DNA of 64,000 bases, taken from an uncultured Thermoproteaceae archaeon. GTDB lineage: Archaea; Thermoproteota; Thermoprotei; Thermoproteales; Thermocladiaceae. Shown piece by piece: positions 31,278 to 42,349 of the stretch (the stretch's first letter is position 1; the number at the start of each line of letters is the position of its first letter). A program made the position numbers and the translations under genes. The stretch lies in the NCBI GenBank assembly GCA_964575955.1, contig CAZNTG010000006.1, positions 448,001 to 512,000 on the forward strand, in the 5' to 3' direction. The notes under the pieces are model-generated. The model was not told where the DNA came from. It searched no databases and saw only the letters and a program-made list of their open reading frames with translations.

Positions 31278-32918
31278 ATGAGCGAGAGAAGAACTGGCGC
31301 ACCAGTTCTAATACTTAAGGAAGGTACTCAGAGAACAACTGGCACAGATGCTCGAAGAAGTAACATAATGGCTGCTAAGGTAATTGCAGAGATATTACAG
31401 ACCAGTCTTGGACCTAGAGGTATGGATAAGCTACTCATTGACGCTTTTGGAGATGTGACAATTACAGGTGATGGTGCAACAATACTCAAAGAGATGGAGG
31501 TTCAGCATCCTGCAGCAAAGCTTCTTGTAGAGGTTGCAAAAGCGATGGATGCTGAGGTTGGTGATGGTACAACAACAGCAGTAGTTCTTGCTGGTAAGCT
31601 ATTAGAAGAGGCAGAGAAGTTGTTAGACGAGGGTATTCATCCAACAATAATAATCTCAGGATATAAGAAAGCCGCAGACTACGCTATGCAGATTGCTGAG
31701 GAGATAGCGAAGCCTGTAAATGTTGAGAACAAGGATGAGCTTATTAGAGTTGCAATGAACGCATTAAGTAGTAAAGTTGTTGCTGAAGCTAGAGACTACT
31801 TAGCAAGAATTGTAGTTGATGCATGTAGTAAGGCTGTTGAGATTAGAGATGGAAAGTATTATCTAGATCTCGACTGGATTAAGATTGAGAAGAAGAGAGG
31901 TAAGTCACTATTTGAGACACAGCTAATTGATGGTATTGTACTTGATAAGGAAGTTGTACACCCAGGAATGCCTAGAAGAGTTGAAAATGCTAAGATAGCA
32001 GTTCTAGACTGCCCACTAGAGATTGAAAAGCCTGAGTGGAGTACTAAGATCACAGTATCATCACCAGACCAGATAAAGGCTTTCCTAGATGAAGAGGCAA
32101 AGATATTGAAGAGCTATGTTGACAAATTGAGAGAGCTTGGTGTAAATGTTGTAATATGTCAGAAAGGTATTGATGAGATTGCACAGCACTTCCTAGCTAA
32201 GGCTGGCATTCTAGCTGTTAGAAGAGTAAAGAGAAGTGATATTGAGAAAGTATCAAGAGCAACAGGTGCTAAGATAATTACAAGTCTAAGAGACATCAGA
32301 CCAGAAGATCTAGGTACAGCAAAACTTGTAGAAGAGAGAAAGGTTGGTGAAGAGAAGATGCTATTTATTGAAGGATGTCCAAATCCAAGAGCAGTAACAA
32401 TACTCATAAGAGGTGCTGCAGATAGAATACTTGACGAAGCTGAGAGAAGTGTACAAGATGCACTACACGTAGTACGTGACATATATAGAGAACCAAAGAT
32501 AGTACCTGGAGGTGGAGCATTTGAGATAGAAATTGCTAGAAGATTAAGAGAGTGGGGTAGAAAGTTGCCAGGTAAGGAGCAGCTTGCAGTACTCAGATTC
32601 GCAGATGCTCTAGAACATGTACCAACAATACTAGCAATGACAGCTGGTCTAGATCCAGTAGATGCAATTGCAGAATTAAGAAAGAGACATGAAGCAGGTG
32701 AGGTTGATGCAGGTGTTGATGTACTTGGATGTAAGATTGATAATATGTATAAGCTAAATGTTGTAGATCCACTACTAGTTAAGAAGAATGTTATCAAGGC
32801 TGCAACAGAAGCAGCAATAATGATATTGAGAATAGATGATATAATTGCAGCAGCACCATCAAAAGGTGAAGGAAAGACTAGAAAGACAGGTGCTCCAGAA
32901 GAGGAGGAGAGTAAGTAA
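31278..32918 (+). CDS. ths: Thermosome subunit (group II chaperonin)
   Basis: [26 protein letters not shown]. Confidence 0.97.
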   Translation: MSERRTGAPVLILKEGTQRTTGTDARRSNIMAAKVIAEILQTSLGPRGMDKLLIDAFGDVTITGDGATILKEMEVQHPAAKLLVEVAKAMDAEVGDGTTTAVVLAGKLLEEAEKLLDEGIHPTIIISGYKKAADYAMQIAEEIAKPVNVENKDELIRVAMNALSSKVVAEARDYLARIVVDACSKAVEIRDGKYYLDLDWIKIEKKRGKSLFETQLIDGIVLDKEVVHPGMPRRVENAKIAVLDCPLEIEKPEWSTKITVSSPDQIKAFLDEEAKILKSYVDKLRELGVNVVICQKGIDEIAQHFLAKAGILAVRRVKRSDIEKVSRATGAKIITSLRDIRPEDLGTAKLVEERKVGEEKMLFIEGCPNPRAVTILIRGAADRILDEAERSVQDALHVVRDIYREPKIVPGGGAFEIEIARRLREWGRKLPGKEQLAVLRFADALEHVPTILAMTAGLDPVDAIAELRKRHEAGEVDAGVDVLGCKIDNMYKLNVVDPLLVKKNVIKAATEAAIMILRIDDIIAAAPSKGEGKTRKTGAPEEEESK

Positions 32919-32991
32919 TTTTCAACATTCTAAAAGTCGTAAATTTTGAGAGAGTAAGTTTTCTAAAACCCTCAATAAATCTACCTATACT

Positions 32992-33369
32992 ATGTCTTCA
33001 TCTTCAACTACTACAAAATCTAGTAAAGTTCGAGTTTTTAATCTTGAAGAAAACTTTCCAAAAACTATAGAGGAATTGATATCTGCTCTAGAGAAGAGAT
33101 CTTTACCATTTCCACCAAGATTAACTAAGTATGAGATTGCTAGAATTGTTGCCGCTAGAGCTAAACAACTAGCTATGGGTGCTAAACCTATGATAGATAT
33201 CTCAAACTTGGGAACTTATGATCCAGTAATTATTGCTCTAGAAGAACTTAAGCAAGGTAAACTACCTCTAATAATAAGTAGGAGATTACCAACAGGTCGT
33301 AGAATTGAAATTAAGGTTCAAGATCTACAAAAGTTAGAGAGAGAATATGATTTCGGCATACCATACTGA
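32992..33369 (+). CDS. rpoK: RNA polymerase subunit K (Rpo6)
   Basis: LTKYEIARIVAARAKQLAMGA, IALEEL. Confidence 0.93.
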   Translation: MSSSSTTTKSSKVRVFNLEENFPKTIEELISALEKRSLPFPPRLTKYEIARIVAARAKQLAMGAKPMIDISNLGTYDPVIIALEELKQGKLPLIISRRLPTGRRIEIKVQDLQKLEREYDFGIPY

Positions 33370-33371
33370 GA

Positions 33372-33758
33372 TTATATAGATGAAGACTCTACCTCTCTCT
33401 CAGTTGGTTCACTTCTCTTAATCTCAATCTTACCATCCTGTATAGATACTTCGACATAATCACCAACATCAAGCTTACCTAAAATCTCTACCTCATCCTC
33501 AGTTAGCCAAATTGTCAATCTTGGTATTGGTATCTTACCACTAGTAGCTCCAAGACCTGGAAGTGGCATAGATTTTAATAGTTGTTGAACAAGTGGCATT
33601 ACCTCTCTAGCAAGTCTAGCAATTTCATCACTACCAGCAATCACTGGTCCTGGTATTTCTCTTTCTTCAACAATGTCTATCTTTATCATTCTACTTCCAG
33701 AAAAATCGTAGACTATAGACTTACTCAATATGTATCCTCTAAATGATACTTTTGTCAT
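33372..33758 (-). CDS. rkd-1: Arcadin-1
   Basis: KIDIVEEREIPGP...REVMPLV...PRLTIWLTEDE...DVGD matches recalled Pyrobaculum arcadin-1. Confidence 0.85.
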   Translation of the reverse strand: MTKVSFRGYILSKSIVYDFSGSRMIKIDIVEEREIPGPVIAGSDEIARLAREVMPLVQQLLKSMPLPGLGATSGKIPIPRLTIWLTEDEVEILGKLDVGDYVEVSIQDGKIEIKRSEPTEREVESSSI

Positions 33759-33907
33759 ATATTATATCCACGTGTAGTTTCATTTAACTTATTTAAAAAC
33801 TTGATGTAGTATGTAGATATTTTTGGTAGATTATTAGTGAAGATTTAGAAAAGGCATTGGAAAAATTCGTCTTCTTATACAACCTTTTAACAATTTTTAG
33901 TTTTTAC

Positions 33908-34192
33908 TTATGACTTCTTTTCAAGTACTATCTCGATAGCTGCTACGTATCTCTCCTTACCTCCCTGTCCAGCTATTCTATCACTCATTAACTTCACTTC
34001 CTTTATCTCTACTAGTCCTGGCATGAATCTGTCTCTAACCATTACTGCAGTTGCTACTGCTCTTGCAACAGCTGTTCCTCTTGCCTTTAGTATTACTCTC
34101 TTACTACCAGCATTGAACTGCATTACTGTTGCTATAACGTAGTTTGTTGTTGGCTTACGACCTACTAGTATTACTGCTTCTGGTGCTGACAT
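33908..34192 (-). CDS. albA: DNA/RNA-binding protein Alba
   Basis: VGRKPTTNYV, ILKARG, IEIVL. Confidence 0.93.
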   Translation of the reverse strand: MSAPEAVILVGRKPTTNYVIATVMQFNAGSKRVILKARGTAVARAVATAVMVRDRFMPGLVEIKEVKLMSDRIAGQGGKERYVAAIEIVLEKKS

Positions 34193-34253
34193 GTATGATC
34201 CGAGCACGTTATGCACAGTGTATTTTTAAAGTATTACCGTTTAGTTCTACTAG

Positions 34254-35920
<1,667 letters not shown>

Positions 35921-35956
35921 AAACATATATCAACAACCTAGTAGAAGATAATCACG

Positions 35957-36685
35957 ATGTCATCATTACTAATTTTAGATAAGGTAAGAACATTATTGAA
36001 AAGATGGGCAAAAGAAAATAACTTAATACTGGAAGAGCTAGGTGATAGTTCAGCAATACTTAGAGAAGGTGATAATACAATATTTATAAAATTTCTAATA
36101 TATGAAGATATACCTGACATAGATGATTTAAATAGACAAATAACATTATTAGCATCAAAAAGATCAGAATACAATAAGATGTATATATTGACAGGTAGAG
36201 ATACTGTAAGTATACTAGATGGAAAACTGTTGAAGAAGGTTGGAATTGGTGTATTAGTTGTAGACTTCGATAATGAGGAGATTAGAGAAGTCTTACAGAG
36301 TCCAGCAGTTAGTGTGAAGAAGACATATGATATAGATATATCAAAAATCGAGAATTATATAAAGAATATAGTTGAAAAATATGTTAAGAATGAAATTGAG
36401 AAAGTGTATGATCTTGTGAGAAGTATTGAAGAGAGAGTTCTAAATATAGAGAAGATGTTGAGTAATATGAAATCTTATAAACAAGATATTGAAGATATAT
36501 GGAATGTTATAGATAGACTGAAGTTAGAGATTGAAAGATTGAAAAATATGTGTACCGATACCAGTGCTAGACCTGTTAAAGAGGAAGCTGTTGAAGTATC
36601 TAGAAGAGAAGAGAAGATTGAAATGCCTGAATATCTTAAAGATAATCCATGGATTCAAATAATAGCAAACAAATCTGTAAGATAG
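35957..36685 (+). CDS. rkd-2: Arcadin-2
   Basis: Follows crenactin; coiled coil and C-terminal DNPWIQIIANK helix resemble the crenactin-binding peptide. Confidence 0.75.
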   Translation: MSSLLILDKVRTLLKRWAKENNLILEELGDSSAILREGDNTIFIKFLIYEDIPDIDDLNRQITLLASKRSEYNKMYILTGRDTVSILDGKLLKKVGIGVLVVDFDNEEIREVLQSPAVSVKKTYDIDISKIENYIKNIVEKYVKNEIEKVYDLVRSIEERVLNIEKMLSNMKSYKQDIEDIWNVIDRLKLEIERLKNMCTDTSARPVKEEAVEVSRREEKIEMPEYLKDNPWIQIIANKSVR

Positions 36686-36686
36686 T

Positions 36687-36869
36687 ATGAGTACAGAGAT
36701 TGATAGGATAATTATAGAACTCTTAAAAAGTGAGATTTCAGATGAAGAAACATATAGATTAGCTGAAGAACTATATAGAGCATATAAGGAGGGTGGTCAG
36801 AGAAAGGTTAGAGAATACATACTTAAGTTATTAAGAGATCTCGGTATTGAAGATATAGAAAATGAGTAA
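36687..36869 (+). CDS. Arcadin-3-like small protein
   Basis: 60 aa in arcade synteny, overlapping the next gene. Confidence 0.6.
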   Translation: MSTEIDRIIIELLKSEISDEETYRLAEELYRAYKEGGQRKVREYILKLLRDLGIEDIENE

Positions 36870-39345
36870 GTTTAGAATTAAGGAATTAGTAATTGAAAAT
36901 TTTAAAGGATATAAAGGTAGACATGTAGTACAGTTTAATCCAGGAATCATAGCAATTTACGGTCCTGTTGGTTCAGGTAAGTCAAGTATTGCACAAGCAA
37001 TAGAATATGCACTATATGGTCAACAACTTGAAATTAAAGAGAGGATAGCAAAACTTGTAGATTTAATAAATGAGGAGGCTAGTGAAGCTAGAGTTCAATT
37101 AACTTTAGAAGATTATGAAGGTAATGTAGTGAAGATAATTAGACATTTAAGAAGATATGGAGATTCTGCTAGAGAAACACTTGCAGAATTGTGGTTTAAT
37201 AATAAGAAGATAGCTTCAACAGCTAGAGAAGTTAATGAGAAGATTATAGAGATATTAAAATTAGATGAAGATGACTTCTCAAGATTTGTATTAGTTACTC
37301 ATAGAGTTTTAGAAGGACTCGTATATGGAACTCCTGCAAAGAGAAGCTTAGTAATAGATAGATTATTCGGAATTGAAATGCTTGAACAGATATACAAAGC
37401 TATACCAATAAGAAAGATTGAAGAAATCTTAGAAAGAGAGAAACAGAAATTATCATCATATAAAGAGCTACCTGAAATATTATCGAAATATGGTTCAATA
37501 CAAAATGCAAGAGAGATATTAGAAAAGATGAAGAAAGAAATTGAGGAATATAGAGAAGTTGAATCTGAGCTTCAAAGAAGACTTGAAAAATTAATTGAAC
37601 AGAGAAAACAAATTTTAGAGAAATTCTCAACAGTAGAGTCAGACTACGTTAAGTATCTTAAAATTAAAGCCGAGAGAGAAATGCTTGAAGAAGAATTAAA
37701 AAATTATCAGGAAGTATCTGAAAAAACTATTAGAGTTGAACTTGATTTAATAAAATCATTCTTAATATCTAAACTCGAAGAGTTACTATTAAGTAGAGAA
37801 GTTGAAGAACTTTCACAAATCGATACTACATCACAAAATTTAGAGGATGTTAGTATGAAAATATTTAATATTGTTAGAAGATTAGAAGATTATTTAACGA
37901 AGATTAATGAAGAAATTGAAAATTTGACAAATCTATGTGAAGAACTTAGAGCTGACTCTGAAAGACTTAGTAATGAAATTAGAATTTTAGAGAGAAGAAT
38001 TAGAGAGATAGAAGATCAGTATAGAGAGTATAAGTCTCTAATATCGAAATATGGAACTCCTGAACATATTAAACAAGAGTTAGATAGATTGAGAGAGAAG
38101 ATACAGTCTATAGAAGAGTTTGATAGACATGTTGAAGCTATAATTAGTGAAATTGTTAGAAAAGGATTGAAAAATTGTCCTATATGTGGTAGAGAGATTG
38201 ATGATAATGTACTTGAGAATATCAAATCTAGACTTGAAGAACTTAGAAAGAGGAGTAGAGTTGAAGAGTTAGAGTCTCTTCAGAAGAAGGTTGAAGAATT
38301 AGAACATGCATTATCTAAGATTAAATCATTAAAATCTATTGTTGAAGAATATGAAGAACTGTATAGTAAAGTTAAGACTTTGAGAGAGATGTATAGTAAT
38401 GTTATAGCTAAATTAGAGAATGCTGAAAAGAATAGGAGAATTCTTGAGAGACGTAGTCAGGTAATTAAAGCATTGATTGATGAGATTAGAGAGAGAATAG
38501 ACAAGGTTGATAAAAATATTGCACTACTTAGGAAGTTTAAGAAATTGAAGAGTTTGATTAGAGAGGAGAGAGAACTTGAAGAGAAGTTGAAAAGTTCAGG
38601 ACTTGATTTAAAACAGTTAACATCTCTAGAGTTAGAAATTCAAGATATTAGTAAGAGACTTGATGAAGTTAGAAATAGGTTAAATAGTTTGAGTATTGAA
38701 GTTTCTAGATTAGAGAGAATACTATCTTCAATTCCTGTTGAATCTATCGAAAAACTTCGTGATAGAGTGTATAGTCTAGAGAAGTTGTATAATCAGTTAA
38801 CTAATGTCAGATCTGCAATTAGGAAAGTACAATCTAGATTAAGAGAGAAGATGGTTGAGAAAGTTAGAGATTTAGTAGATAACTATTTCAAGCTCATGTA
38901 CCCATACTCAGACATGTCTGGTGCTGGAATTGAGTTGAGTATTAAGGAGAGACTTGGCACTCTAGTTAGTGAATATACTCTATACGGTTTGAGAGGTGGT
39001 AGACGTGTTCCAATATCTAGAATGAGTGATGGACAGAGACTTACTCTCTCACTATCATTTATGCTTTCTGTATATGTTGTTGCTAATCATAATGTAGATT
39101 TCATGATTATGGATGAACCAATGCCATATGTTGATGTTGCTATAAGATCATCATTTTCAACATTAATATCAAAGTTAGTTAAAGAGTGTCTCGTTAATCA
39201 ATTAATAATAACTTCTCAAAGTAGAGAGTTTATAGATCAAATTATTAGAGAAGCTTTGAAGAATAATATCAATACTACACTTCTAAGTATTGAGAGAGAA
39301 GACTCTCAGAGAAGGATTAAAGTTGAGAAGATTGAACATAGCTAA
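36862..39345 (+). CDS. Arcadin-4, SMC/Rad50-like ATPase
   Basis: GPVGSGKSS, long coiled coils, central CPIC hook, MSDGQ, MDEP. Confidence 0.85.
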   Translation: MSKFRIKELVIENFKGYKGRHVVQFNPGIIAIYGPVGSGKSSIAQAIEYALYGQQLEIKERIAKLVDLINEEASEARVQLTLEDYEGNVVKIIRHLRRYGDSARETLAELWFNNKKIASTAREVNEKIIEILKLDEDDFSRFVLVTHRVLEGLVYGTPAKRSLVIDRLFGIEMLEQIYKAIPIRKIEEILEREKQKLSSYKELPEILSKYGSIQNAREILEKMKKEIEEYREVESELQRRLEKLIEQRKQILEKFSTVESDYVKYLKIKAEREMLEEELKNYQEVSEKTIRVELDLIKSFLISKLEELLLSREVEELSQIDTTSQNLEDVSMKIFNIVRRLEDYLTKINEEIENLTNLCEELRADSERLSNEIRILERRIREIEDQYREYKSLISKYGTPEHIKQELDRLREKIQSIEEFDRHVEAIISEIVRKGLKNCPICGREIDDNVLENIKSRLEELRKRSRVEELESLQKKVEELEHALSKIKSLKSIVEEYEELYSKVKTLREMYSNVIAKLENAEKNRRILERRSQVIKALIDEIRERIDKVDKNIALLRKFKKLKSLIREERELEEKLKSSGLDLKQLTSLELEIQDISKRLDEVRNRLNSLSIEVSRLERILSSIPVESIEKLRDRVYSLEKLYNQLTNVRSAIRKVQSRLREKMVEKVRDLVDNYFKLMYPYSDMSGAGIELSIKERLGTLVSEYTLYGLRGGRRVPISRMSDGQRLTLSLSFMLSVYVVANHNVDFMIMDEPMPYVDVAIRSSFSTLISKLVKECLVNQLIITSQSREFIDQIIREALKNNINTTLLSIEREDSQRRIKVEKIEHS

Positions 39346-39392
39346 TCTTGTAAGTTTCCCGAACCCTTATTAACTCTCTAATATTTAGCTTC

Positions 39393-40625
39393 ATGTATAT
39401 GGGCAATTTCATATATCCAGACACCATACTGACAACGTTAGGACATGTTGATCATGGTAAAACAACTCTAGTACAGGCTTTAAGTGGTGTTTGGGTTGCT
39501 AGACATAGTGAAGAGATTAAGAGAGCTATGACTATAAAGTTGGGATATATAACAATTGGAATTTACGAATGTCAAGATGGTGAGTATAGGTATGTAAGTG
39601 ATGGACTTTTAGAAAATGGTAAATGTCCTGATGGTTCAGAACCTAGACTTGTTAGAAGAATATCTATTCTAGATGTTCCAGGACATGAAGTACTACTATC
39701 AACAATGATTGCCGGTATTGGATTTGTAGATGGTGCATTAATGATTATTGATGCATCAATGCCATGTCCACAACCACAAACTGAAGAACATTTCCTAGCT
39801 GCAACAATAATGGGTCTTAGAAGGATGATAGTTATTCAAAATAAGATTGACCTAGTACCGAAAGAGAAAGCTATTGAAAATTATCAACAAATTAAGAAAT
39901 TTCTATCAGGTACTTGGGCTGAAAATTCTCCAATAATACCAGCATCAGCATTACATAAAGTGAATATTGATGCAATAGCAACATTAATACATGAATATTT
40001 TCCAAAACATGAAGAACAGAGTTCAGGACCACCAATGATGCACGTCTTAAGAAGTTTCAATGTCAACAAACCTGGTACACCACCAGAAAAGTTGGTAGGT
40101 GGTGTTCTTGGTGGTGTTGTTGTTAGAGGACAATTGAAGGTTAATGATGAGATTTAGATAAGACCAGGACTTAAACTTGGTGCTAAACATGTACCATTAA
40201 GAACATGGATAACATCAATATCCATAGGTACAGAATTTGTAGAATATGCAAAACCTGGAGCACTCGTTGGAATAGGTACAAAACTAGACCCAGCATTAAC
40301 GAAGGCAGACTCACTTGTAGGTAGTGTTGTAGGATTACCAAATCAGTTACCACCAGTCTGGTCTGAAGTTGAGCTTGAGTATGAGTTAATCAGGAAGGAG
40401 AAGCAGTACCAGATCAGGAAAGGTGATGTATTGATGATTAATGCAGGTGCTGCAACAGTACTTGGAATGGTTAAAGATGTGAAGAAGGAGAGAATTATAA
40501 TAACATTGAGAAAAGCTATATGTGCAGAACAAGGTTCTAAAATGGTAATAACAAAACAGGTTGAGAATAGGTGGAGAATAGTTGGTTATGGAACTATAAG
40601 TGGTGGTCACGTAGTATATGAGTAG
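39393..40625 (+). CDS. eif2g: Translation initiation factor aIF2 gamma, with in-frame TAG at 40155-40157
   Basis: GHVDHGKT, DVPGHE, NKID, RSFNVNKPG; same frame continues IRPG...DPALTKAD...WRIVGYG past the TAG (410 codons). Confidence 0.93.
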
Positions 40626-41016
40626 TAGAGTACCAGTAGTATTGTACGATACTAGTATACTAATATTGATGTTTAGAGAAAATGTTAAAGTTTTTCAAAA
40701 TGTTAAAGATATAGTAGGTCTACATATTCCTACAATCACTGAATTAACATTAAAAGAACTTGAAAAGATGTTAAAATTTAGAGAAATAAAAACTAGAAAT
40801 GCTGCAAGATTAGCATTAGAATTTGTAAAGAAGTACATGTCTATATGTAAGTGTAGTAGTGATATATGTGATGATTGTATATTTGAGATGTGTATTGAGA
40901 AGAATGTCGATTATGTAGTTACATGTGATCTAGAACTTAGAAAGAGAATTTTAGAAAATACTTCCTGTAAAGTACTCTACTATTTAGCTAGTAAGAATAG
41001 AATTGTTCTTGATTAA
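40618..41016 (+). CDS. PIN-domain protein (Fcf1/Utp24-like)
   Basis: YDTSIL, ELE, VVTCD..LRKR; conserved position after aIF2 gamma. Confidence 0.85.
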   Translation: MSSRVPVVLYDTSILILMFRENVKVFQNVKDIVGLHIPTITELTLKELEKMLKFREIKTRNAARLALEFVKKYMSICKCSSDICDDCIFEMCIEKNVDYVVTCDLELRKRILENTSCKVLYYLASKNRIVLD

Positions 41017-41066
41017 AAACGTAAACTTCATAAACACTAGCAATAGTATGCGTATGGAGATTATCC

Positions 41067-41651
41067 TTGTGGAGAGTTGTGACATTGGAAGACTATGTTA
41101 GGATTCCACCATCAAGATTTGGAGAACCACTTGACAAGGTAGCATATGAACAGCTTAGAGATAAGTATGAGGGTAAGGTTGAGCGTGATATTGGAATATT
41201 TGTTAAGATACTATCACTTGAGGTAAGTAAGAAAGGAATAATAACTTTTGGTGATGGTGCAACATATCATAAAGTTAGAGTTAAGATACTAGTATTCTCA
41301 CCACTAAATAATGAGATTGTTGAAGGTGATGTTGTTGAAACTACAGAATATGGAGCATTCATCAGAATAGGACCTGTAAGAGGACTACTACATAAAACAC
41401 AGATGATGAGTGATAACATAATATTCTACGATAAGACAAGTGGAACTTTCATAGGTGAGAAGAGTAAGAGAAGACTTGGTAAAGGTGATGTTGTTAGAGT
41501 AAGAATAGTAAGTGTAAGCTATGTACTAACATCATCAGGACTTGGACTAAGAATAAGCTTAACAGCAAGACAACCTTTCTTAGGTAAGTATGAGTGGATT
41601 GAAGAGGACATACAGGCACTACGTAAAAAGCCTGTAAAGACTGGTAAGTAG
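41067..41651 (+). CDS. rpoE1: RNA polymerase subunit E' (Rpo7)
   Basis: VRIPPSRFG, GDGATYH, S1 domain, RQPFLGK. Confidence 0.95.
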   Translation: MWRVVTLEDYVRIPPSRFGEPLDKVAYEQLRDKYEGKVERDIGIFVKILSLEVSKKGIITFGDGATYHKVRVKILVFSPLNNEIVEGDVVETTEYGAFIRIGPVRGLLHKTQMMSDNIIFYDKTSGTFIGEKSKRRLGKGDVVRVRIVSVSYVLTSSGLGLRISLTARQPFLGKYEWIEEDIQALRKKPVKTGK

Positions 41652-41667
41652 AGTATAGGTGTACAGT

Positions 41668-41898
41668 ATGGCAACACCAAGAAGAAGAGGTAGAAAGAGA
41701 GCATTACCAGGATATAAAGCATGTAGAAACTGCAAAGCTGTAGTTCCTGAAAATGAGCCAAAATGTCCATACTGTGGATCAACAGACTTCTCAGATGAGT
41801 GGTATGGATTAATAATAATTATCGATCCTGAAAAATCAGCATTAGCAAAAGCATTAGGATTATCAAGAAAGGGAATATACGCTATAGATGTTCCGTAA
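41668..41898 (+). CDS. spt4: Transcription elongation factor Spt4 (RpoE'')
   Basis: ACRNC...CPYCGS...W.G..IIIDPE.S.LA. Confidence 0.93.
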   Translation: MATPRRRGRKRALPGYKACRNCKAVVPENEPKCPYCGSTDFSDEWYGLIIIIDPEKSALAKALGLSRKGIYAIDVP

Positions 41899-41932
41899 AG
41901 TTTTTTAAAATATTTAAAGATTGACATGATGC

Positions 41933-42337
41933 ATGTCAATACCTGAAAATCTTGTAAAAATACTACCAGAAGGCGTTGAACCTGGAAAAATAGTGTATAA
42001 AATTGTTGAAGATAGAAGAAATCCACTACTCTTCAGAAGAGAATTAATGGTAGAGATATGGCATATAGGTCTACCAACACCAAATAGACTTGAAGTAAGA
42101 CAAAAAATAGCTGAAATGCTTGGAGTTGAGGTAGATAGAGTATTCATCAGACATATATATACAGAATTTGGATGGGGTAAGAGTAAAGTCGAAGTACATG
42201 TATATGACAATGCTGAAATTGGAAAGAAAATAGAACCACTCTACATACAGCTTAGAAATATGCCAAAAGAAGAAGCTGATAAAATTAGAGAAGAAATTAG
42301 ACAGAAGAAAGCTCAAAGAAAGAAGAAAAAGAAGTAG
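41933..42337 (+). CDS. rps24e: 30S ribosomal protein S24e
   Basis: NPLLFRRE, PTPNR, TEFG. Confidence 0.93.
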   Translation: MSIPENLVKILPEGVEPGKIVYKIVEDRRNPLLFRRELMVEIWHIGLPTPNRLEVRQKIAEMLGVEVDRVFIRHIYTEFGWGKSKVEVHVYDNAEIGKKIEPLYIQLRNMPKEEADKIREEIRQKKAQRKKKKK

Positions 42338-42349
42338 CTAGAGTGAATA

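Noticed and set aside
40144-40150. C-box-like ATGATGA just before the internal TAG of aIF2-gamma
   Set aside because: It arises from Asn-Asp-Glu codons and has no partner D box nearby
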